Shown here: piece after piece, positions 37,650 to 50,444 of the stretch
How the letters are laid out: each line of letters starts with the position of its first letter
How positions within the stretch are numbered: position 1 is the first letter of the stretch
Assembly: GCA_964016885.1 (NCBI GenBank)
Contig: CAXHJY010001118.1
Span: 1 to 64,000, forward strand
Reading direction: 5' to 3'
From: Eledone cirrhosa
Taxonomy: Eukaryota
DNA: 64,000 bases
Translations under genes and position numbers: made by a program
Notes under the pieces: model-generated
Told to the model about the DNA's origin: nothing
Database searches by the model: none
The model's input: the letters and a program-made list of their open reading frames with translations, nothing else

Positions 37650-37869
37650 CCCTTTAATGTTCAAACCGGCCAAAAGCGGCCAGAATTCTCTACCTCTTTC
37701 TGTTGAAACTGGCAGTAACTGGCCACGCATACTGATGTTAAGGTATTGTTCTCAAAATAAATACTTTCAAAATCTCATAGATTCAATATTATGTGAGATA
37801 ATTATGCGAGGTATAGCCGTTACCATGAAAATATAATAGTATATATAGAGTAATGTGAATACTAAAGGG
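37650..37869 (-). mobile_element. piggyBac-type MITE
   Basis: TTAA-flanked CCCTTT...AAAGGG; same family as 46278. Confidence 0.88.
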
Positions 37870-38974
37870 TTAAAACCTCCATACTTCCTGAAATTCGCCA
37901 ACACTACACCTGATATCCCCCTCCATACACACGCACACATGTATATCATGTTCACTTTCCTGACATTTGCACATTAATCGGTAGAGGGTCGGACGCCATG
38001 TTTTGCAGCATAGAGTTACGGCCCTTTATGATCTGAGTTCAAATCCCGCTGAGGTTAACTTTACCTTTTATCCTTACGGGGCTGATAAAATAAAGTACCA
38101 GTAATACACTGGGATAATTGCTGGCCTTGTGCCAAAAGTAGAAAAATTACTCTATATACTATACATGCACCTTTGATGAGTTGTAGTGCACCTGAGCACT
38201 GTACACAATAATTTCATTATCATTTTATTATTATTATTATTAATCCCGCCAGTCTGAGAAGAAGTTATGGGTGTAGCAACTTTCTCCTGACAAACATCAT
38301 AAAAAGAAAATACTGAAAAAAAAAATACAAGCATCATGCTTTAAAATTCCATATGAAAATGCAATATAAACAAGTGTAACTGTACTATGCAGTTTGTAAA
38401 AGGGATTTGAATCAAATGAAGATGTTATCAGCAGATGATGAGGACAATTGAAGGCTAATTATACCAATTACATGTCGTTTAGCCCCAGTTCAGTTCTTAT
38501 TCAGAAAATCTATGATCACAAGTGTTCAACCTGTGATAATGCAGTCTTTTCTTTGAGATGGTATATCCAGGAGAGTATTAGCCAATGTGCCCATCATTTA
38601 AAATAGTAGGGGTGATCTGAGTGAGATTTGTCTGCTATTTCTAGCAACTTGAGCCACCATATTGAAGCTCCCTTGTTGTAGATAGGTCACATAAGTTAAC
38701 TAGTATTTGAAATAGTTAACAATAGCACATTGTCTAGCATACAGTAGTTGTATATTTATATTAGCAACAAATAGAATATCTCATTGTATGAAATATAGAT
38801 GTGGTGGTTAACTTCATATATTATAAAATCATGTGTGTATTGTATTTTTAGAAAACTGAAAATGAAGGGTGAGAAGAATGAAAAAGAAGAGCAGTTGGTG
38901 AGAAGGAAGATATGGAAATGACAAGATCAGGCGACTACAGAACACACACACACACATACATATATATATATATG

Positions 38975-41425
38975 GAAAGTCTGAACACTCAATGACAATG
39001 TCACAGATAAAGATAAATTCACCTCCCGTTGCAGGATGAGAATGCAAGGACCCCTCTTTATTTCAGACATGGATAACCAACATAATTCCGTCTCCCACAC
39101 CCCTCCCTGCCCCTCCAACCCATCCATTCCACTCTCCCAACTTCAGAGTTGGTACCATGAATGTAGGCACATTGAAAGGTCGCTGAAATGAGGTTGTAGA
39201 GATGCTTGAACGTAAAGAAGTTGGTGTTTGTTGTGTTCAAGAGACTAGGTGGAGAGGTGGGTCTGCTAGATTCATTGTGGGTAAAAAACGATGCTATAAA
39301 CTTTTCTGGGTGGGAAATGACAACGGACTGGGTGGAGTAGGAATTATGTTAGCTGAAAAATGGGTAGATAAGGTAATTGATGTAAATAGAGTTAATGACA
39401 GAATAATTAAAATAGGACTAGTTCTAAATAGAACTACTGTGACAATAATATTCGCTGATGCACCCCAATCTGGTCTACCTGACCTTATAAAGGATAGGTT
39501 CTATGAGTCGCTAATGCACTCTACCTCCCAAATAACCGACAGCGACTACTTAATTATTGCTGGTGACCTAAACAGTCACAAGTTTGACAACATAGTGATG
39601 GTTATGATGGAATCCATCGAGGCTATGGGTTTGGTACTAGAAATGAGGAAAGCTTCAGAATCCTGGAATTCTGTGACACTAATAACCTAACTATCTGTAA
39701 CACAAACTTCAAAAAATGAGAAAATCACTTGATCATCTACAGGGGAAGATGTGACAAAGTTGTAAACACTAAATCCCTCCCCCGTGAAGAATGCACCTCC
39801 CAACATAGCCTAGTAGTTAGTGACCTCATAGTCAGGAATAGATGTACTCGACGGCAGAGGAGGACTACCTTGAGGAGAAGAATATAGAAGTTGAAGGACC
39901 CCACAGCCAGTGACAAATTTAAAAGCTTATTACTTGATGCTTTTGACAGTAAGGAAGAGCAATTAGAGATGTACAATATAGAGGAACAGTGGGAATTCTT
40001 GAAAGTGAACCTGCTGAAGGCGACGAATGAAATCTGTGGCTGGAGCAGACATATTGGCAGGAGGAGAGTAACTAAGTGGTGGAACAGTAAGGTCGAGGAG
40101 ACAATAAAGGCCAAAAAGCAGGCTTGGAAAGTATGTCAGGTTGGGGGAAGTAGAGAACACTATCAAGTGGCCAGGAGAGAAGCTAGGAGACAAGTGTACT
40201 TTGCAAAAAGGGAAGCAGAGGATAGAAAGTTCAAGCATGTTCTACAACATGAGGACCAAAAACATGAGGTGTTCAGGATTACTAGACAAGGTGTCAAGGA
40301 AAACCGTGATATTGTCGGGGAGAAGTGTATCCGTAATGATAATGGTGTACTTGCCCTCACTGATACTGATAAGAAGGTAGTTTGGAAGTGTCACTACGAG
40401 AGACTATTAAATGAGGAGAATAAATGGGAAAAATGTAGTCTGCCCCAAATCGATCCAATAGAAGGACCAGTAGTGCAAGTTAAAGATAGTATAATAAGTA
40501 AGGCAATCAAAGATATGAAGACAGGCAAGGCAGCTGGGCCTTCAGAGATAGTTGCTGAGATGTTGAAAGCATCTGGAATGGTGGGACATACTATCGTCCC
40601 CGGATAGTAAACCAAGTAATACAGAATGGGGTCATACTAAAAGACTGGCATAGCAGCAGCATCATCATTAACTGCTACAATGGTAAAGGGGATGCTCTAG
40701 ATAGGGGAAACTATAGCGGCATTAAGTTAGTTGACCAGGTCATGAAGGTTACAGAAAGAGTTATAGCGCAACTAATCAGAGAGCGAATTGATCTAGATGA
40801 AATGCAGTTTGGGTTTGTGTCAGGTAAAAGTACCACAGCTGCTCTTTTCCTTGTACAACAACTACAGGAGAAGTACCTAGCTAAAAGTAAACCCCTCTAC
40901 TTAGCTTTTGTAGACCTGGAGAAATCCTTTGACAGAGTCCCCCGCTCCATTATCTGGTGGGCTCTTAGAAATCTAGGTGTAGATGAATGGCTTGTGAGAG
41001 CTATATAAGCCATGTATAAAGAAACAGTCAGTAAGGTTAGTTAACAATGAATATAGTGAAGAATTTAGTGTAAAAGTTGGTGTTCATCAAGATTCTGTCC
41101 TTAGCCCCCTCCTATTTATTATTGCCCTTCAGGCTATAACAGAGGAGTTTAAGATCGGCTGCCCATGGGAACTTCTATACGCAGATGATCTAACTCTCAT
41201 AGCTGAATCTATGGCTGAACTAGAGAAGAAATTCCAAACATGGAAGCATGGCCTAGAATCAAAAGGCCTTAAAGTTAACTTGTCTAAGACTAAAGTTCTA
41301 GTATGTAGAAAGGAAAATAGGGCACAGGTGCCCTCTGGGAAATGGCCATGCTCAGTGTGTAGGAAAGGAGTAGGTAGAAATTCCATTTTATGTCCCAAAT
41401 GCAAACTATGGGTTCATAAAAGATG
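38975..41425 (+). mobile_element. Degenerate RTE LINE with APE N-terminus, 3'-truncated inside the PHD finger (same family as 5997-8820)
   Basis: RVGTMNVGTL, CCVQETRW and IIAGDLN, then RT fragments with stops and frameshifts. Confidence 0.93.
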
Positions 41426-42284
41426 GGATATCTTGGCTAGGGCCCAACAGTTCAATGGATGAAGAAAATCTTGTGCCCTCTGTCTTACCGAAGCATATTA
41501 CATAACTCTATCACGACCTCTACCGATTAACGATAGAACGGAGGTAACTATTAGCTGTCAACATTGAAGGGCTAATTCCTTCGCCAACAGAATATTTGAC
41601 CCAACATAGTCATCTAGCCCCATTTTTACTTGTAGCTAATAAGTTAAATAGCTCTAACTAACTCAGATAATTATAAGTTACCTCCCTTACCTTGTCTCTC
41701 AATTAAAAAATTGGCACTTAACTATATACCCACAATTTCTAATCTCTCGGGGAGTTACTTCCCCTGAAACCACCCTTTAATTAGTAAGGTAAATATGTCC
41801 ATTGGCGGCCATCTTGTTACCCATAGGCAGATCTCACACAATGCAGCCTCGACAGAAGAATACTGCTCAACTATGACAGACAATCGATATACCCAGGACA
41901 CCACATATATGGAACATTACATTTAAATAATAATAATAATAATGAAATTATTGTGTAAAGTGCTCAGGTGCACTACAACTCGTCAATATAGTACATAGAA
42001 CAATACACAAATGTCACATTCTTTCCTTATTTTAATTTATATTCCTTTTGAAGTTTCGATGAGCTGCTCTATCTTTACCTATGTTAATTATTTTCAACTG
42101 AACCAGATCAATAATGATATATAATCATTTGATCCAGAAATATTATATGGAGTAGTGAAACAATTGTAAACGGACATTATTATTATTAATATTCTCTACA
42201 TTCCTTACTTCAAACTAAAATATGTTGACAATCTTTTAATAATGTCTTCCTTGTGAAATTTGTGGTCTTGTTTTGCTTAACTAA

Positions 42285-42317
<33 letters not shown>

Positions 42318-42320
<3 letters not shown>

Positions 42321-43630
42321 AAAAGGGAGATCTCTCTAACACCAACAACTACAGGGGGATCTCACTGACGTCACTTGTAGCAAAGATCCTCAACAGGATG
42401 ATTCTTAACAGGATCCAGCCTGAGATGGAAAAGAAGCTCAGAGACAACCAGAATGGCTTCAGAGAGGGAAGATCAACCACCAGTCACATCCTGATGCTGA
42501 GGAGGATATTAGAGGGAGCTAGAGCAAAGAGCCTTCCTGTGGTCATGGTTTTCATTGACTTTAGGAAGGCCTTTGATTCTGTTGACCGTCACTGCCTGAT
42601 GAAGATCTTACAGGCTTATGGAATCCCCAAGAAGATAGTGGACCTGATATCACTGCTCTACACCAACACCCAAGTCATTACACCTGATGGGATGACAGAG
42701 TTCTTTGAGATACTGGCTGGAGTGCTCCAGGGAGATACATTGGCTCCCTACCTTTTCATTATCGTAGTGGACTATTGTATGCGCCTTGCACTGAAGAAAC
42801 ACCAGGACTCTGGCTTTACTGTAGCACCGGCTCAGAGCAGGAGAGTTAAGGCGAAAAAGGTATCGGATGCTGAATTTGCCGATGACATAGTTTTGGTGAC
42901 AAATACAGTGAAGGAGGCAGAGGATTTGGTGCGGGAGGTTGAGACTGTGTCGATGAGTGTGGGGCTGAGAATGAATGAGACTAAAACAAAATATCTGGTA
43001 GAGAATGTTGAGAAGCCAGAGGGGATCACTAATGTAGGCGGGAAGCCGCTAGAATTGGTTGAGGGCTTCCTGTATTTGGGAGCAAAGATTGGGAATACGG
43101 AAGATGATGTGGTTGAGAGGAGGAGCAAAGCCTGGGTGGCATGTCACAGCTTGAGATTGGTGTGGAAGTCGGACCTTCATAAAGACCTGAAAATCCGCCT
43201 CTTCATTGCTGTAGTGGAGTCTGTGCTGCTGTACGGGTTTGAGACTTGGATACTGACCAAGAAACTCACTCAGATGGTGGATGGGTGCTACACGAGAATG
43301 CTGAGGATGGTTCTGAACATTAATCAGTATACACTGAGGATGAAAAACTCAGAGCTGTATGGGAGCATCCCAAAAGTCAGCTCAAAAGTGACACAGAGGT
43401 TAGCTGCACATGCTCACCGACATCCAGAGTTGACATTGCACTCAGTGCTCTTGTGGGAGCCCCTACATGGACACACTAGAAGAGGAAGACCAAGGTTAAC
43501 GTATGTTGATGCCCTAAGGACAGACACTGGTCTGTTGGAGACGCAGGACATGGCAGCAATAATGACGGACAGAGACCGCTGGAGAGAACTCGTCCATGGA
43601 TCTCGGGAATTTTACCCGCCTTAGATAGAT
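42318..43630 (+). mobile_element. 5'-truncated RTE/RTEX-like LINE (third family) with open RT ORF 42398-43624
   Basis: KGDLSNTNNYRGISL, QNGFR, FIDFRKAFDSV, GVLQGD, FADD, FLYLG, GRPR; (TA)n on both sides. Confidence 0.93.
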
Positions 43631-43649
43631 ATATATATATATATATATA

Positions 43650-43985
43650 GCACCTTTTTGATTCCCACGTGTCTAACACATGTGGGCATGCTTACACAGT
43701 CAGAAAACAGCACAGTTCCCATGACTTTTTGAAACATTTTTTCACTCTCAGAGTTGCTGAAGCATGGAACAAACTACTGCATCCTTTAAAACCTCCATAC
43801 TTCCTGAAATTCGCCAACACTACATCTGATATTCACCCTCTATACACATGCACACATGTATTTTATGACTCATACACTGTTCATTTTCCTGACATTTGAA
43901 CATTACTCTATGTGCTTTACATGCACCCTTGATGAGTTGTAGTGCACCTGAGCACTGTACATAATAATTTCATTATTATTATTAT
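43650..43985 (+). mobile_element. CR1-like LINE 3' end
   Basis: GHAYTVRKQ..HFFTLRVAEAWNKL C-terminal motif; (ATT)n tail. Confidence 0.82.
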
Positions 43986-44005
43986 AATATATATATATAT
44001 ATATA

Positions 44006-44111
44006 CGGGATGTCCCCCTAAAAAATTGTATACACACTTCAACAGCATTCTAATAAATATTGCCTGTACAGGTAATCAAAGTGTGTATACTTTTTGGGGG
44101 GAGACACCCTG
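44006..44111. mobile_element. Tc1/mariner-type MITE
   Basis: TA|CGGGATGTCC...GACACCCTG|TA; related to 60278-60350. Confidence 0.75.
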
Positions 44112-44259
44112 TACATATAACTGTTGAAACGGCTGGAGCTCAGCTGTTGGGGTCCTGACTCTTTTCTTATATATATATATAAAAAATATTTATTGAGTTA
44201 AAAACTCACAATAGTCCCTTATAATCAAATTCACTCAAGGAAAATAATTTTCCGGGCCT

Positions 44260-44478
44260 TATAACACAGTAAAGAGAGATGAACACAGATATATAACTAT
44301 ATGTGTTCAAATCATAAGGGATAGTTATCATAGTGGGTCTGTATGTCTCTATTTATCCTTTTAATTGAGTTCTGTGAACTGTACAATTTTAGTCAGTATT
44401 TTCTTCACTCTGGCGGTTTCTGTCCCTTATGATTTGAATGCATATAGTTATACATCTGTGTTCATCTCACTTTTTCTG

Positions 44479-44482
<4 letters not shown>
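44260..44482. repeat. Imperfect inverted repeat (~63-bp arms)
   Basis: gagatgaacacagat..tcaaatcataaggga / tcccttatgatttga..atctgtgttcatctc. Confidence 0.75.
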
Positions 44483-44536
<54 letters not shown>

Positions 44537-45567
44537 ATATATATCAACTAGAAATTGATTGACATATATATTTATCTAAAATAAACATATGAAACAATCA
44601 CAGGGAATAATTTGTAAAAGTGTGTAAGCACACATAGCCAGGTAGGTAACTAATTAAAGTTTAACTAGAACTTTAAAAATAGATACCTTATAAATTGATT
44701 AATCTTCCTTGTATATATTTCATTAAAAAAATATATTTCACCATTAATCGATCAGTAAACCACAGTAGCCAAATCCCGGATTTTCAACAAGGGAGAAGAT
44801 CTAACTATCTGTGTTTACACAGCAAATTCAAATCTGCGAATGACTAGCAGCACGTGTTGCATTTTTCAAAAATACATACATCGTACCAGCTTCATCCCAT
44901 TGGCGTGAATAGGGTTTTCGACAACTAGAAATAGCAGCCGAGTCCTTGGAATCTTGGAGCATATTCTATAGTGGATATGGCGCATGTCTCTTTGACATGA
45001 CACCCTTAATTTAATTTTGGATATATATGTATATATATATAACCTCCATGCTTCCTGAGATTTGCCATCACTGATAGCCCTTTTTAAAAAAGGCCTTTCC
45101 TGTTCACAGTGTTGAATGAATGCTTTGGTAAATTCAACAATTATATTGTACAATCCCTTGTTCTTTTCCCGACATATTGCTTTGGACAAATACCATGTGG
45201 GTAATGCTTCTGTTGGCTCTGAATTTACACAGCCTCCATGAGGATGGGTGGATGGGGGCCTTTCTATAATGATGAGCTCCAATCTTTTAGGAGTACTCTT
45301 GTGGGTATTATTTTTCCTAATATGGAGAGCTCAGTTATCCTCCAGTAGCTAGAGGTCTTATGGTAGTTTCCCATGTTCTCAACTGCAGACAAAGAATCAT
45401 GGAGTTTGCTGTGCAACATCAATCCTTCATTCTTTCAAGCCCCAATTTCATAAAAACAGAATATTTATAAGAAATTAAGAAAATTTATTCTTTGTAAATA
45501 TGTTGGTATTTCTTTACTTACATTTATAGAACAAAGAAAATTATATTAAAATTTTAAGGATTCTTAC

Positions 45568-45665
45568 CTCAGCATTCTGTGAAACAATAATATTTTCAAA
45601 TTCAGCTTCTGGACATTGTACAAGATACATAGACGCAGCAGTATCATCTTCCATTTTTGGATTAA
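45568..45665 (-). CDS. Probable upstream host exon, possibly carrying the start codon (ATG at 45654; MEDDTAASMYLVQCPEAEFENIIVSQNAE)
   Basis: Acceptor tttttttaag|, donor GAG|gtaaga (phase 0), open frame, non-repetitive sequence. Confidence 0.55.
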
Positions 45666-46277
45666 CTTAAAAAAAATGTAAATATTGACTAAGTTTAACA
45701 AATTGTATTGGCTTAACAACATTAAACAGAAATATAATTTTATTTACACATTTCTGACATGAGACGAGATGTTTATCAAACAGTTATTCGGTGTAAGACT
45801 GAAAATATATCTCAAAAGTACTAAAATTTAAATATTCTTTGTCGAATTTGTGTCGAATCTGACTGACTGCTTCCTCTTCATGCTAGTATCCATTTAGACC
45901 TCAGGTGGCTTTGGTCCCTGATCTACTATTTTCCTCCACAAAATTGGGAGGTGCACATTCTGCCTAATGAAGGAGTTCTATGAGGTGGAATGGCTAATGC
46001 AGCAGGTGTTGCTGGTTATTCTCTGCAGCAATGACTTTGCCATTTTAACCATAGGTCATAGCTGAGATATACAACCTTGATTGGGGTGTAGAGTCTGCCA
46101 TTCCCTCCCACTTTTCCCTAACTTGCATTATTTAATTTTTTCACTTTCTTTTATAGCAAACATCATATAATCCAACTGAAATTTGTTGATTGTGGAGAAA
46201 GAGAAGTGTGTAGATGTTGATTGTCAAACAAATAATCATCAAAGCTAAATTTATATATCATGCTGTTTAAATTTTAA

Positions 46278-46498
46278 CCCTTTAGCATTTAAACCAGCCT
46301 TATCTAGCCAGAATTCTCTCACCTCTTCCTGTTCAAACTGACTGTAACCGGCTGCTCATACTGATGTTAAGGTATTGTTCTCAAAATAAATAATATCAAA
46401 ATCTCATAGATTCGATTTTATGTGAGATAATTATGTGAGGTAAAGCCTTTACAATGAAAATATAATAGTATATATAGAGTAATGTAAATGCTAAAGGG
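46278..46498 (-). mobile_element. piggyBac-type MITE (most complete copy)
   Basis: TTAA target site; 14-bp TIR CCCTTTAGCATTTA. Confidence 0.92.
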
Positions 46499-46659
46499 TT
46501 AAGTTGATTTTATTTTCCATGGCAGCATACTAGAATGGAAATTTAAAGAAATCTAAGCTTTAGTTTAGCTTATTATTATGTTGTTTTTTTTTTACTGGTA
46601 ATTTACTCCTAGTGTTGTTCTGCTTGCAATGCAGATTTTATAGACTGATAATTCCAACC

Positions 46660-47045
46660 AATCTGGTCATCTTTCCAACAACAACCTTGAGCACCTTTTT
46701 GAATTCCATGTGTCTCACACCCATGGACATGCTTACAAAATCAGAAAACAACACAGCTCCCATGACTTTTGGAAATGTTTTTCCATGATCAGAGTTGTTG
46801 AAGCATGGAACAAACTACTTGCATCAGCTGTTAGCTGCTGGGACACTGCATCCTTCAAAACTTCAATGCTTCCCGAAATTCACCAACACTATATCAGATA
46901 TATTCCCCTTCCATACACACACACACATGCATCTGTGTGTATATCATGACTCATACACTGTTCACTTTTCCGACATTTGTACATTATTCTATGTACTATA
47001 CATGCACCTTTGATGAGTTGTAGTGCACCCGAGTACTATACACAA
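46660..47045 (+). mobile_element. CR1-like LINE 3' end
   Basis: HGHAYKIRKQ..RVVEAWNKL..ASFKT. Confidence 0.82.
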
Positions 47046-47413
47046 TCTATTCTGGAATACGTGAATAATCATCTGTATTGAGATATATAGGAGTCGTATA
47101 GTTCTTTGAAAATATCTTAGTAAGTAGACTAACATCTATCACATTTACCTAATCTGAAGCATCATTCCAAGAAATCAAGACCAACATGCCAAGTTAGCCT
47201 CTGTACACAAAAATGTGAGCAAAATGAGTGGCATTACAATTATACAACAAACTACTAAATGTCAGAAAGGCTGGATTAAGTCCTTTTGAGGACCTTAAAA
47301 GATTATAATGCTCCCAAATATAAAGTCAGCAAAAAAGGTTTTATTGGAATGATAAATGCAATTAATTTGAATACAATGTTGTCATGTTCTAAACATGAAC
47401 TTATTTTTATTAA

Positions 47414-47739
47414 CCCTTTAGTATTTACATTACTCTATATTTACTATTATATTTTCATGGTAAAGGCTTTATCTCATATAGTATCGTATCTATGAGATTT
47501 TGATATATTTTATTTTGAGATCAATACCTCAGCATCAGTATGAGTGGCCGGTTTAACTCTTTAGCGTTTAAACTGGCAATATCCGGCCAGAATTCTCTCA
47601 CCTCTTTCTGTTCAAACCAGCTGTAACCGGCTACTGATGTTAAGGTATTGTTCTCAAAGTAAATAATATCAAAATCTCATAGATTCAGTATTATGTGAAA
47701 ATATAATAGTAAATATAGAGTAATGTAAATGCTAAAGGG
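47414..47739. mobile_element. Composite of two oppositely oriented piggyBac-type MITE copies
   Basis: Partial plus copy 47414-47552 and minus copy 47557-47739, each with TTAA ends. Confidence 0.8.
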
Positions 47740-48044
47740 TTAATGGTTAATCCAATTCTACAGCTATGATTGATCTAAGATATATTCAGTGTGATAGAAC
47801 TTTGTTACACTTCCATAGATTAAATCAACTATTTCCAGACCACAATTCTAAGAAAGGATGACTTGTTAGTAACAACTTGACACAGCTCTGGAATACCGAA
47901 TACCCTATTCCATAAGAGACTTCTGTTCACTTAACCCTTTTCTTACCATATTTCCAATTACTGACACTACTTATGATTTTCAATTAATCTTGAAAATAAT
48001 TAACAATTTGAAGAAATTTAGTAATTTTCTTATTATTAAATTAA

Positions 48045-48233
48045 CTCTTTAGCATTTACATTACTTTATATTTACTGTATTTTTGTGGTAAAGTCCTTAT
48101 TTCAAATAATATTAAATCTATGAGATTTTGATATTTATTTTGAGAACAATACCTTAACATCAGTATGAGTCAGTTTGAACAGAAAAAGGTGAGAGAATTC
48201 TGGCCAGATATAGCCGGTTTAAATACTAAAGGG
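48045..48233 (+). mobile_element. piggyBac-type MITE
   Basis: TTAA|CTCTTTAGCATTTA...AAAGGG|TTAA. Confidence 0.85.
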
Positions 48234-48538
48234 TTAATAATTTAAACATGTTTAATCTCATGTTTACAAGATGAACAACTTTAATATTAAAATATATACA
48301 TTGTTTTTAGTCGTTTTATCTCTGTGTCTGATTCCTACATCTTACATAGTATCAGACTGAATTGAAACTACAAAATGATTTTAAAGAAATGTGGGAGACC
48401 CACACATTCAATCACATACGACAACAAAATGTACTGGAGTTTCCCTTAAATAATTTTTATGGCATGCCAACACACACCTGCAGTGATTTAAACAAGACAA
48501 GTAACTTTTGTTTTGAAGACAACGAGCGAAGTTGGAAA

Positions 48539-48937
48539 TTTAGTAGAAATAGAAGCTTTCGCTGTATTTTGACTATAGAAATTAGCCTGATAGTGGGATT
48601 TAGAACCCTCTAAATGGAAAAGGATGAGAGGGTTTTAAACCCCACTATCAGGTTAATTTCTTTAGTCAAAATACAGTGAAAGCTATTTCTGCTAAAGTAA
48701 CCTTTAATTTATAGGTGCAGTTTGAGTGTATTAACCACTCTTAGATGCCGTACATTGTAGATTCTATGAAAACCCTCTCATCCTTTTCCATTTAGAGGGT
48801 TTTAAACCCCACTATCAGGTTAATTTCTTTAGTCAAAATACAGTGAAAGCTATTTCTGCTAAAGTAACCTTTAACTTATAGGTGCAGTTTGAGTGTACTA
48901 ACCACTCTTAAACGCTGTATACTGTTGATTCTATGAA
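48539..48937. repeat. Combined inverted and direct duplication
   Basis: 48539-48612 is inverted relative to 48627-48696; direct repeat with 167-bp period (48627, 48794). Confidence 0.85.
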
Positions 48938-49719
48938 TTTTTCTCAGACTCTTACAATAGTGGGGATTGTTTTAATTTCTACTTTCTACAAGGGAATGTT
49001 TGTAGGTATTGATTCTTTCTTTTTTTTTTTTTTTTTTTTTACTTGTTTGAGGAATTAGACTGCAACCATGCCAGGGCACTGCTCTGTAAGTCTGGTATTT
49101 ATTTTATCTATCTCTTTTTTATTGAGCCACTAAGTTACAGGACATAAACACACACCCACACACACACGAATATAATATATATTCAGGAATATATTTTTCA
49201 AGTGACCCATTTCTTGCATATAATCTGATTCATTGGTGCAGATAGTTATGCTCAATGCTATAGATATTTGACAATCCCTTTTGAATAGAATCATGTGGTT
49301 GTCAGTTTTTGAACCACTACATCAAAGTATAACACTTGTTTGTTGTTTTCCTTCTTAACTCTTTCATTACCATATTTCTAATTAAACATTCAATATTTTA
49401 ATTAATTAATTGATAATTTAGAGGGATTTACTAAAATTATTCTTTCATTAAGATGTAACATAAAAAAATGTTCTTAGATGAAATTATGTTGGAAACTTTT
49501 AATTAAAATAGGAAACTTTTAAAATGGGCAGCTTTATTTCATAGAGACAGGTTTTGGGTGGGTTAAAGGTGAACTGGATAGATTTATAGCAAGCTTGTAT
49601 CTGCAAGATTGGCAACACCAAAAGGGTGTGCACAGAGTTCAGAAAGTAATACAGATAAGTAGTACAGGTACAAGCCAAAGCTAAAGCATATAGACAGTAT
49701 CCCCCCCCCCCCACACACA

Positions 49720-49990
49720 CACTCCCACTGTAAAGTGGTCGTGCATGTGTCACAACAAAAAAGCACCCAGTCCACACTGTAAAGTGGTCGTGTAGGCGCC
49801 ACAGAAAAAAATCCCCAAGTACTCACTGTAAATGAGGCTGGTGTTAAGAAGGGCATCCAGCTGTAGAAATCAAGCCCAAATCAGTTCTGTATGAGCAAGA
49901 CATGGTCACCTGACCTGACATTGCCCACAACAGGACAACCCGTCTAACTCATGCTAGCGTGGAAGAATGGATATATGATGATGATGATGA
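49720..49990 (+). mobile_element. SINE/RTE 3' tail fragment
   Basis: cactgtaaagtggtcg subrepeats, gaagggcatccagctgtagaaa, (GAT)n. Confidence 0.75.
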
Positions 49991-50444
49991 ATCTTAATCA
50001 AGCTGACAGATTCAGTATTGTAATCCCAAGAGATAAATCTTTAAAGCAATCAATGTAGATGTTAGCCATTACTTACTTGTCATAATGGTGAACTTATAGC
50101 TATCCATTCCAATTATTGGGAAAATTCCATAATAAATAGAATCAAATAGACTTATAAATAGGGGACTCTTATAAATGAGGATCACTTCAAAAAGTTTTTT
50201 TTTAAAGACCCTCAATGTACCAACAATGATAGTCTTAAAGAAGGGGGGAGGGAGGCAGAGAAGAAGAAGAAGCAAAAAGGAAGAAAGAAAAAGAAGAAAG
50301 AAAGAAAAAGAAGTGAAAAAGAAGAAGGAAAAAGAAGCAAAAGAAGAAAGAAGAGGATATTTCTGACTCAATATCGGCAGTTTATGTAACACAATAGGAA
50401 GCTATTATATATCTTCTCAAAGTAAATAAACTTGGAGTTCCTCT

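Noticed and set aside
50069-50392. K/E/R-rich and F/L-rich ORFs
   Set aside because: They arise from a polypurine (GAA/GAAA) low-complexity tract
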